From NCBI GenBank assembly GCA_037138355.1, contig JBAXIL010000016.1:1-34305 (forward strand): a DNA stretch of 34,305 nucleotides. Reading direction: 5' to 3'. The translations under genes were made by a program, and so were the position numbers. The notes below the pieces were generated by a model that saw only the letters and a program-made list of their open reading frames with translations, was not told the origin of the DNA and did no database searches. This document shows, in pieces, positions 19,886-27,564 of the stretch (position 1 is its first letter; every line of letters begins with the position of its first letter). This DNA is from a bacterium. GTDB taxonomy: Bacteria > Oederibacteriota > PGYV01 > Palsa-1178.

Positions 19886-20218
19886 ATGGTTGCCGAAAAA
19901 AGGAAAGAAATGGATGAGAAGTATTGTAGTTCTTGTGGGGAAATTATCAAAAAAGAAGCTGAAATTTGTGTTAAGTGTGGCGTAAGACAAAAATCTCAGG
20001 GTGGTGGAGAAGTATCTTCGAACTGGTTGACAGCAGTTTTACTATGTTTTTTTCTTGGCTATTTAGGAGTTCATCGTTTTTATCTTGGGAAGACAGGTAC
20101 TGGAATTCTTATGATTTTGACACTGGGTGGATGCGGAGTATGGACACTTATTGATTTTATTTTACTTGTTATGGGCAAATTTACTGACTCAAATGGAAAT
20201 CTTGTAAAAAGAGTTTGA
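19886..20218 (+). CDS. TM2-domain membrane protein with N-terminal zinc ribbon
   Basis: YCSSCG...ICVKCG; LLCFFLGYLGVHRFYLGKTGTG...WTLIDFI; GGGGAGG SD. Confidence 0.9.
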   Translation: MVAEKRKEMDEKYCSSCGEIIKKEAEICVKCGVRQKSQGGGEVSSNWLTAVLLCFFLGYLGVHRFYLGKTGTGILMILTLGGCGVWTLIDFILLVMGKFTDSNGNLVKRV

Positions 20219-20225
20219 AATAATA

Positions 20226-20501
20226 ATGAATAGAAAACAAAAAATGCTGTTAACATTAATTCTGTTAACAGCATTTTATTTTATACCAGTGGTAACACTT
20301 GGCAATAAATATTCTTTGTGTATCTTCAAACATTTTTTTCATTTTGAGTGCTTAGGATGTGGCACGATAAGAGCTTTGTGGTCTATTATACACTTGCATT
20401 TTCAACAGGCATATACATTCAATAAGTTGATAATATTTACTTTTCCTTTAATGTGCTTTATTTATGTTAATTGGTTAATCCATAAAGATAAGAGCATCTA
20501 A
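20226..20501 (+). CDS. DUF2752-family membrane protein
   Basis: CIFKHFFHFECLGCGTIRA...AYTFN motif; adjacent to a TM2 gene, a common pairing. Confidence 0.82.
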   Translation: MNRKQKMLLTLILLTAFYFIPVVTLGNKYSLCIFKHFFHFECLGCGTIRALWSIIHLHFQQAYTFNKLIIFTFPLMCFIYVNWLIHKDKSI

Positions 20502-20535
20502 TTATAATCTCGCCTCATTCCAATCAAATATATTC

Positions 20536-20564
20536 TTGACAAAATCAAAGCTTTTATATATTAT
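20536..20564 (+). promoter_or_regulatory. Sigma70-type promoter for the Flp/Tad module
   Basis: TTGACA 20536-20541, 17 nt, TATTAT 20559-20564. Confidence 0.7.
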
Positions 20565-20706
20565 ACGCCAGTAAAATATAGAGGGGCTATAGCGGGTTAA
20601 TCACTTAATATCATGTATATTTTTATGCCTATGCATAAATTCTATTAATTTATATACATGACTATTTTTAATTACTACGCTTAGTTATAAAATATTGAGG
20701 GGTATT

Positions 20707-20826
20707 ATGGGGATATTTTCTGCTAATTTGTATTATATTATTATTTATATTATCGTATTTTGCTTATCTCGTTTGAACCCTGCGCGTAAATCTATGAATA
20801 GAATCTTTGACTATATATATGCTTAA
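20707..20826 (+). CDS. Putative 39-aa hydrophobic peptide (not in ORF track)
   Basis: GAGGGG 20697-20702, ATG 20707. Translation MGIFSANLYYIIIYIIVFCLSRLNPARKSMNRIFDYIYA. TAA 20824-20826 overlaps the ATG of the first Flp gene. Confidence 0.45.
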   Translation: MGIFSANLYYIIIYIIVFCLSRLNPARKSMNRIFDYIYA

Positions 20827-20998
20827 TTATATATCTAAACTATTACCAAGGAAAAGAAAAGGGCAGGCATTTACAGAGTATGTTCTTATCCTTGGTCTTG
20901 TGGTTATAACATGTATTGCTGGATTAAATGTTTTTTCAAAAGTAATAAGTAGATATTACGAAAATATAGTTAAAGTCTATATGGTTCCAATACCTTAA
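20819..20998 (+). CDS. flp: Flp family (type IVb/c) pilin, probably minor
   Basis: Basic leader RKRKG^QAFTEY with E+5 and Y+6, followed by a hydrophobic helix; 59 aa from ATG 20819. Confidence 0.82.
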   Translation: MLNYISKLLPRKRKGQAFTEYVLILGLVVITCIAGLNVFSKVISRYYENIVKVYMVPIP

Positions 20999-21012
20999 AA
21001 GGAGGGGTTAGT

Positions 21013-21183
21013 ATGAGCAAGTTAGTCGCAGGAAAGAAAGGGCAAGGAATGACAGAGTATATTCTGATTTTGGCTCTGATTGCTATTCTTGTTTTAGGTT
21101 CAGTAAGAATGTTTGGAAGTAAAGTAAAGGCAGGTTTTAACAAAGCGTCAGATAAAGTTGCGGAAGTTAACGACGGCATGTAA
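21013..21183 (+). CDS. flp: Flp family pilin, probable major pilin (56 aa; not in ORF track)
   Basis: AAGGAGG SD. Translation MSKLVAGKKG^QGMTEYILILALIAILVLGSVRMFGSKVKAGFNKASDKVAEVNDGM, a canonical Flp motif. Confidence 0.92.
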   Translation: MSKLVAGKKGQGMTEYILILALIAILVLGSVRMFGSKVKAGFNKASDKVAEVNDGM

Positions 21184-21190
21184 TTAGTCA

Positions 21191-21251
21191 AAACAGAATG
21201 GGCGGCCTGTCTGTGAACTACATCATAAGATAAGGTCGCTCCATCTTGTTT
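21191..21251 (+). other. Long imperfect stem-loop after the pilin genes
   Basis: Nested pairs AAACA/TGTTT, ATGG/CCAT, GCGGCCT/AGGTCGC, GTCT/AGAT, GTGA/TCAT (with G-U pairs). Confidence 0.6.
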
Positions 21252-21267
21252 AATAAGTGAGGTTGAT

Positions 21268-21816
21268 TTGAATTATTTTAAATCAAATAATGGTCAAAGC
21301 GCTGTAGAGTTTGCGATTGTTTTACCTGTATTTTTATTGATTTCTCTTGGATTGATACAGCTGGGACTTATATATGTCAATGTAATGTTGCTTAAGTACA
21401 GTGCTTATATGACAGCACGGGTGGCGGCTGTATATCAAGATTCACAAAAACGAAATAATTCAGCGTACAAGGCAAAATATATCTTAAGCGCAATACAGAC
21501 GACAGCAAATAAATATAATAGCAATATGTTATCAAATGTAGGTGATAGTATTTTGGATTTAGCAAAAAATACTGCGGAAACATATATTCAAGGTAATGAA
21601 GTGTCAATTAGTAAAGAAATATTTGAAAAGGCAAAAGGTGAATATATTAAAGTTACTATTACTTATAATATGCAGTTAAAGGTACCATTTGTAAATAAGC
21701 TATTTGGGTTATTTCAGATAAAAAATTACAATATATTAGATACAAAAACCATGGCTGCGTATATGGGTTTTCCATATTACACATTGAAATCAACTGCAAT
21801 TATGAGGATACAATGA
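21268..21816 (+). CDS. tadE: TadE-like pseudopilin
   Basis: NNG^QSAVEFAIVLPVFLL...SAYMTARVAA; GAGG SD before TTG. Confidence 0.85.
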   Translation: MNYFKSNNGQSAVEFAIVLPVFLLISLGLIQLGLIYVNVMLLKYSAYMTARVAAVYQDSQKRNNSAYKAKYILSAIQTTANKYNSNMLSNVGDSILDLAKNTAETYIQGNEVSISKEIFEKAKGEYIKVTITYNMQLKVPFVNKLFGLFQIKNYNILDTKTMAAYMGFPYYTLKSTAIMRIQ

Positions 21817-22883
21817 GCAAATTCGTCAAAGGTAAAAAGGGGCAAGTCTTAGTTATTTCTATCGCAGTAATTTTTATTATTTTCATTTTTATTATTACTT
21901 CTGTGGAGATAGGTAACTTGATGTATGAAAAAACACATATACAAAACATTGCTGATTCTGGTGCTTTGGAAGGTGGTTTGTGGTATGCCCGCGGTATGAA
22001 TATGCTTGCTTTGTCAAATAAAGTACTTGTGGTCACAGGGGTGGCTGCAGTTATAGCGACACTGTTAGGAGATCCAAATTCTGGGAAAAATGCTATAGAG
22101 TTAGTGCAAAAAGCGCAAGATTTAATGGCTGGAACTGGTGAAATGGATAAAACTGGAATAAAGACAATGCCACTGTTCGGCGCTATGGCAGTCATACTAA
22201 ACGGAAAGGACAATAAAGCATATTCTATACCAATAAGTAATCTTGCTGATATCAAAACGGGAAAAGGCCTGCCATCTTTTAATGTGAGAAGACGCTATGT
22301 CGATAATATGTTTGAGCAGGGGAAAGAAGATAAATATTATTACAAAAAAAAATCAACTAATGAAAAAATATATGTAGATAAAAATAATGTTCAAATAGAT
22401 TTAAGAATTAATAATAAAAGCAAGGTTATGACTAAAAACGATCCAATACACGGCAATAAGTTTTTAAGTAAAGAAAAAGGCAAAGCTAATAATCAGGGAA
22501 CAATACCTTTAGATATAGTAGAAAGTTCAAATGAACATTCTGTTTTGGTAATATCATATAAAAATAGTGAGCAATTAAATCAAATATCAGGTTTTAAGTT
22601 TCTTACAAATGTTAAAGGGGATGAAATTCGCCCTGCTTTTTTAATGAGCTATTCGTTTGTCCGAATAACTGGTGGGACTCTTGATATATTGGCAATGGAT
22701 GGAGCAAATTATGAGCCAAAAATTGAACATATAGAGCTTCCGAAAATTGAATCAACAGATGACATAATTGATTCATTAGGACAAGTGACTGAACAAACGC
22801 AAACAAACACTAACTCAGATAAGATAAACAACAACATTCTTAATGTTATTAATATTTTAAACAATGATTTGGTGTTACATTAA
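21813..22883 (+). CDS. TadG-like (Tad N-terminal domain) pilus-associated protein
   Basis: KKG^QVLV, hydrophobic helix, EIG...K..IQNIADSGALEGG (Q.AAD.AAL.G pattern); ATGA overlap with tadE. Confidence 0.78.
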   Translation: MSKFVKGKKGQVLVISIAVIFIIFIFIITSVEIGNLMYEKTHIQNIADSGALEGGLWYARGMNMLALSNKVLVVTGVAAVIATLLGDPNSGKNAIELVQKAQDLMAGTGEMDKTGIKTMPLFGAMAVILNGKDNKAYSIPISNLADIKTGKGLPSFNVRRRYVDNMFEQGKEDKYYYKKKSTNEKIYVDKNNVQIDLRINNKSKVMTKNDPIHGNKFLSKEKGKANNQGTIPLDIVESSNEHSVLVISYKNSEQLNQISGFKFLTNVKGDEIRPAFLMSYSFVRITGGTLDILAMDGANYEPKIEHIELPKIESTDDIIDSLGQVTEQTQTNTNSDKINNNILNVINILNNDLVLH

Positions 22884-22884
22884 A

Positions 22885-23403
22885 ATGAAATTCAAAAATT
22901 ATAAAGCTCAGGCAATAACTGAATTTGTTATGGTACTTCCGATTTTAATAATGCTTATGGCGGGATTATGCCAAATGTCAATTATTATGATTAGACGCAT
23001 AGAACTGTCCATGGTGGAAAGGGAAGTAATGCGCTACTTGACAGCAGATAGTGAAGATAAAGATAAGGTTAAAGTAGAAGCTTTCTTGAAGGAGTATGCT
23101 GGAAAGCTTGGTATGAATCCACAAAAAATTTCTTATCGTCCACAAGGACGATTTGTAAGACCGGATAAAACTATTGATGAACTTGGTTTGTTGGAAAATG
23201 TTTCAGGAGTAATAATACACATTACTTACGAACAGAAACTAATGAAAGCTTTTGCTGCAATTACCCAAAAACAAACAATTATTTTAAGCACAACTTTATC
23301 ATCGGCAGCGGGGTTATGCATGAAATTTAAAATTAATGAAAAGGCAAAAGAAGTATGGGGTAATTTGATCAAGGGTGGAGATAGTGCTTATGGTAAAAAG
23401 TAA
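22885..23403 (+). CDS. Second TadE/TadF-like pseudopilin
   Basis: MKFKNYKA^QAITEFVMVLPILIML; the ATG begins 2 nt after the upstream stop ends. Confidence 0.8.
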   Translation: MKFKNYKAQAITEFVMVLPILIMLMAGLCQMSIIMIRRIELSMVEREVMRYLTADSEDKDKVKVEAFLKEYAGKLGMNPQKISYRPQGRFVRPDKTIDELGLLENVSGVIIHITYEQKLMKAFAAITQKQTIILSTTLSSAAGLCMKFKINEKAKEVWGNLIKGGDSAYGKK

Positions 23404-24175
23404 ACAAATTAACATATTCTGTTATCGCTCTTTAGTTGATTTAATATTAATCTTTTGTTATGTGGCATATCCTGTGAGAATTCTTTCTTCTGTGTTTGAA
23501 AGTAAAAATCATAATTCGGAAGTATTTACTCCAGATATGACGACTTACAAACAAGGCCTTTTATCAGCCAGAGTTAATGGCTCTCCTTTAAAGATTGAGT
23601 CCTATATATCAGAAAAAACTGCTGATGATAGTATGCAATATTATGCTGATTATGCAGATAGACAGGGCTATAAGCTTATAAATAGTCCTCAGATTGCTGA
23701 AGTAGCAAAGGCTCTAATTAATATGGGCATGCATTTTGCACCTGATAAGTGGTATTACTTATTTTACAGCAAAACAAACGGTGATATGACAATGATTACG
23801 GTCGGAGAGTTTGAAAATAATACGCGAATAGTAATTGTCAACATAAGTAAAATGCAGGTACATAATAACGAGGTTGATTATACAACAGATATAAAACATT
23901 ATCCTACATTTGAAAAAGTACTTTGTGTTGAGATTTTATCTGGATTAAGCGTTATCAGTTCTGCTAATTTTTATAAAAGTGAAGGAGCTAATTTACAAAC
24001 AATTAGAACATATTACAAAGATTATTTAACAAAACACAATTGGATAATTCAAAAACAATATGCAAATGCCAAAAATGATATTTATTGGATTGAGAAAAAA
24101 GGAAAAAGCTACATGCTGAGTATTGTTCCGATGGAAAATAATGAAAAATGGCTTTTAGTTTTGGGGAATGAATAG
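23390..24175 (+). CDS. Hypothetical membrane-anchored or exported protein within the Tad module
   Basis: GGAG SD before ATG 23390; overlaps the upstream gene; N-terminal hydrophobic stretch; no motif I can name. Confidence 0.7.
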   Translation: MVKSKQINIFCYRSLVDLILIFCYVAYPVRILSSVFESKNHNSEVFTPDMTTYKQGLLSARVNGSPLKIESYISEKTADDSMQYYADYADRQGYKLINSPQIAEVAKALINMGMHFAPDKWYYLFYSKTNGDMTMITVGEFENNTRIVIVNISKMQVHNNEVDYTTDIKHYPTFEKVLCVEILSGLSVISSANFYKSEGANLQTIRTYYKDYLTKHNWIIQKQYANAKNDIYWIEKKGKSYMLSIVPMENNEKWLLVLGNE

Positions 24176-24233
24176 TGTTTCTTATGTAATAGTTAGGGTT
24201 CAGCTGGAGTATTACACATATAATGGAGGGTTT

Positions 24234-25037
24234 ATGAAAAAACTTTTAGAACAATTTGCAAACATGAAGATGGAAAACAAATTACTATTATTGGCATTAC
24301 TTTGTGGTTTATTTGCGGCAATTATGGGTTATGGCTTTATAACTTTAAAAGAAGCAAATATGATGAAGTCCTTAGAGCCAGTGAAAGTGTTTGTCGCGGC
24401 GAAATATATAACACCAAAAACTCAGATTAATGAAGACATGGTAAAAGAAGCACAAATACCTGCTAAGTTTTTAACTTCAGCACATGTGAGTGATTTCAAA
24501 AAACTAAAAGGTCGCATGTCCATGGTTCCATTTATTGAAGGTGAACCTATACTCTTAAATAAGGTAAGTGAAAAGGCAGATGAGCTATCAGCGGCTGTGC
24601 CTTCTGGACTTCGTGCAATAGCAATTAGTGTAGATGAGGAATCCAGTGTCGGCTATATGATAAAGCCAGGAGATATGGTTGATACTCTGCTAACTTATGA
24701 GCAAGGTGAGGGGAAATCAACACATAATGTAACAGCTATAATTTTGCAAGCTGTTCAGGTCGTAGCAGTTGGCACTGAGTTAAGAGAAACGGAAGAGGGA
24801 AAGAAATATAATAGTTTAACCCTTGCTGTGACACCTGAAGAGGCAGAGCTAATAACATTTGCAAGCTCCCGCGGACGCATTTCTTTTATTTTAAGGCCAA
24901 TAGGTGATAATACAAGAGAACAAATAAAATTGACTGCCTTTGATGACCTCTTAAAACAGATCAAAGCTAATGAAAAAAAAGATGAATTTGTTGAAAAATC
25001 AATTCCTTTAAAGCAGGAAGAAATAAAAACCAGATGA
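24234..25037 (+). CDS. cpaB: Flp pilus assembly protein CpaB/RcpC
   Basis: TM, SAF-like domain (VFVAAKYI...GEPI), GLRAIAISVDE..VGYMIKPGDMVD, ILQAVQVVAVG, TLAVTPEEAE, ILRP. GGAGG SD before ATG 24234. Confidence 0.92.
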   Translation: MKKLLEQFANMKMENKLLLLALLCGLFAAIMGYGFITLKEANMMKSLEPVKVFVAAKYITPKTQINEDMVKEAQIPAKFLTSAHVSDFKKLKGRMSMVPFIEGEPILLNKVSEKADELSAAVPSGLRAIAISVDEESSVGYMIKPGDMVDTLLTYEQGEGKSTHNVTAIILQAVQVVAVGTELRETEEGKKYNSLTLAVTPEEAELITFASSRGRISFILRPIGDNTREQIKLTAFDDLLKQIKANEKKDEFVEKSIPLKQEEIKTR

Positions 25038-25072
25038 AAACCTGTATAAACTTTTAAATACCACAAAAACAC

Positions 25073-25100
25073 TTGACATTTCATTATTTTTGTTTAAAAT
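25073..25100 (+). promoter_or_regulatory. Sigma70-type promoter
   Basis: TTGACA 25073-25078, 16 nt, TAAAAT 25095-25100. Confidence 0.55.
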
Positions 25101-25162
25101 ATTGAAATATTTTGATATAGTGTATCGTTATTTGAATTAAATAAATAATTGTAGGTTAAAAT

Positions 25163-26134
25163 ATGCTTGATGACATGATTATAAAAAGTAGGGTATCTGC
25201 TATTAATAAGCAGATAGCTTTAATACATAATACTAAAAGCAAAAGCATAAAAAGTATTTTTAAGAATATTAAGTTTACTTCAGGAAAGAGATTGCGTGGT
25301 TTGCTTGTTCTTCTAACGGCTGAGGCTAATGGACTGAAAGTAAATAAAGCTCTTTTAAACATTGCAGCTTCTATAGAGATACTACATCATGCTACTTTGA
25401 TACACGATGATATTGTGGATGGATCAGATAAGAGGCGTGGTAATCTGGCACTAAACAAGAAAATTGGCGAAACACTTTCAGTGTTAACTGGTGATTATCT
25501 TTTTTCGGGTGCCATGGAAGCTATGTTAAAAAGCAGAAATTATGAGCTTTTTAACATATTTGCTAAAGCAGTTAAAGATGTTTGTGAGGGTGAGATAGAC
25601 GAGGTATTTAATAAATATAATGCTAAGCTTACAGTTAGTGAAAGTTTGGAAATAATACGCAAGAAAACAGCTTCTCTTATAAAGGGAAGCGTGGAATCTG
25701 GGGCGCATGCCTCTAAATGTTCTAAGACAGATTTAAAGCATATTAAAATATATGGTGAGTATTTAGGAATGGCCTTTCAGATAAAAGATGATTTACTTGA
25801 TATTACTTCGAAAACAAGTAAAATAGGCAAATCTTCTGGAACTGATATTCGTGAAGGCAAGGCCACGCTTCCGCTCATACTTGCACTGAAATGTGCGCCT
25901 AAAAAAGAAAAGCATTTTATAATGAAACTTTTTAAAAATAATATACATGGTAAAAACACAAAGAAAATAATCGATTTTATTTTTAAATATGATGGAAATG
26001 AACTGGCAGGACTTATGGCATTGAGCTATGTTACTGATGCTAAAGTGGCTTTGGGTAAAACGAAGCTTGAAAACAAAGTTGCCAAGGAAATGTTAAGTGA
26101 TTTGGCTGATTATGTAATAGAAAGAGAATATTAA
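25163..26134 (+). CDS. Trans-polyprenyl diphosphate synthase, long-chain type (IspB/HepT-like)
   Basis: GKRLR, FARM HATLIHDDIVD..RRG, GDYL, KTASL, SARM AFQIKDDLLD, DIREGKATLP; Ala at -5 from the FARM. Confidence 0.9.
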   Translation: MLDDMIIKSRVSAINKQIALIHNTKSKSIKSIFKNIKFTSGKRLRGLLVLLTAEANGLKVNKALLNIAASIEILHHATLIHDDIVDGSDKRRGNLALNKKIGETLSVLTGDYLFSGAMEAMLKSRNYELFNIFAKAVKDVCEGEIDEVFNKYNAKLTVSESLEIIRKKTASLIKGSVESGAHASKCSKTDLKHIKIYGEYLGMAFQIKDDLLDITSKTSKIGKSSGTDIREGKATLPLILALKCAPKKEKHFIMKLFKNNIHGKNTKKIIDFIFKYDGNELAGLMALSYVTDAKVALGKTKLENKVAKEMLSDLADYVIEREY

Positions 26135-26168
26135 TATTTAGTATTTATTATTTTTTTATGGAGGATTA

Positions 26169-26522
26169 ATGGCTTACGGAACTTTATTAGTCTTTATAGG
26201 ATTTGCTTTTGTGTTTGTTATAGGTGGAGTTGTAGTCAATTATCTACTTATGCCATACAAACCTTCCGCAGAAAAATATACCACTTACGAGTGTGGTATA
26301 GACCCTATCGGAAATGCTCAAATACGCTACTCAATGAGATTTTATGTTTTTGCACTTATGTATGTGGTGTTTGCGGTTGAGTCGGTATTTCTTTTACCTT
26401 GGGCAGTGGTTTATAGAAAAATGACAGGGCTTATGCCTTTAATAGAAGTTCTTATATTCATATTTATCCTTGTTCTTGGTTTGGCTTTTGCCTGGAAGAA
26501 GGGGGAACTTAAATGGGATTAA
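26169..26522 (+). CDS. nuoA: NADH-quinone oxidoreductase subunit A
   Basis: [28 protein letters not shown]. Confidence 0.93.
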   Translation: MAYGTLLVFIGFAFVFVIGGVVVNYLLMPYKPSAEKYTTYECGIDPIGNAQIRYSMRFYVFALMYVVFAVESVFLLPWAVVYRKMTGLMPLIEVLIFIFILVLGLAFAWKKGELKWD

Positions 26523-27034
26523 TGAATGGCGTTGATGAAGCTCTCATAAAAAAGATACCTGGTCTTCCTGTAATAATGACGACTGCTGAGTGGGCTATAA
26601 ATGCTGGTCGTTCAAACTCTATATGGACATTGACATTTGGTCTTCGTTGTTGTGCTATGGAAATGATGGCAACAGGGGCACCAAAATATGATTGGGCAAG
26701 ATTTGGTTTGGAAGTGCCTTCTGCCTCTCCGAGAAGGGCTGATATGATGATAGTTGCAGGAACAGTAACTAAGAAAATGGCACCAGTAATAATCAGATTA
26801 TATGAGCAAATGGCAGAGCCAAAGTATGTAATTGCGATGGGTGCTTGTGCTATTTCAGGTGGACCTTTCATATATGATTCATATTCAGTCATTAAGGGTG
26901 CAGATAAGATTATACCAGTGGATATTTATATACCTGGTTGTCCTCCAAGACCTGAAGCTTTGCTTGATGGAATTATTAAACTTCAGAAAAAAATCATGAA
27001 ACAAAAATTTAGAATAAATAAAGACCATAAATAA
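26513..27034 (+). CDS. nuoB: NADH-quinone oxidoreductase subunit B
   Basis: [38 protein letters not shown]. Confidence 0.95.
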   Translation: MGLMNGVDEALIKKIPGLPVIMTTAEWAINAGRSNSIWTLTFGLRCCAMEMMATGAPKYDWARFGLEVPSASPRRADMMIVAGTVTKKMAPVIIRLYEQMAEPKYVIAMGACAISGGPFIYDSYSVIKGADKIIPVDIYIPGCPPRPEALLDGIIKLQKKIMKQKFRINKDHK

Positions 27035-27077
27035 TTTTTTACCGTATAAAATACGGAAACCTTTTTAAGGAGTACAA

Positions 27078-27536
27078 ATGAATTTTACGGAAGTTTTAGA
27101 AAAACTAAAGGCAAAAAATGAAGTCCTTGAATCAAAAGATGAAATGGGCGTGCTCAATGTTTGGGTATCGGCTAAAACTATAAAAAATGTTATTACATTT
27201 CTCAAAAACGACATGCAGTTTGATCAACTCAGTTTTGTAACAGCGGTTGACCTGATGATTAACAATCACATAGAAATGGTTTACAGATTGTTTTCTTATG
27301 AAACAAAAACAGAAATTGTTATCAAGGTAAAACTTGATAGGGTAAGGCCAGAGATAGAAACGATAAGTGATATATTCAGTACTGCTAACTGGCACGAACG
27401 GGAAACTTCTGAAATGTTCGGAGTGAAGTTTATCAATCATCCTGATCCAAACAGATTGCTTTTGCCAGATGGCGTAGATATGCCGCTTCGTAAAGATTTT
27501 AAGTCAGATGATATGATTCCACTTCCTAAAGTTTAG
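27078..27536 (+). CDS. nuoC: NADH-quinone oxidoreductase subunit C
   Basis: VTAVD, ANWHERE..EMFG..F..HP, PLRKDF. Confidence 0.93.
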   Translation: MNFTEVLEKLKAKNEVLESKDEMGVLNVWVSAKTIKNVITFLKNDMQFDQLSFVTAVDLMINNHIEMVYRLFSYETKTEIVIKVKLDRVRPEIETISDIFSTANWHERETSEMFGVKFINHPDPNRLLLPDGVDMPLRKDFKSDDMIPLPKV

Positions 27537-27564
27537 TAAAAAAGAAAATAAAAGAAGGAAAAAC

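Noticed and set aside
20970..21191. 73-aa minus-strand ORF
   Set aside because: It is the antisense of the Flp pilin at 21013-21183, which has a strong SD and a canonical motif.
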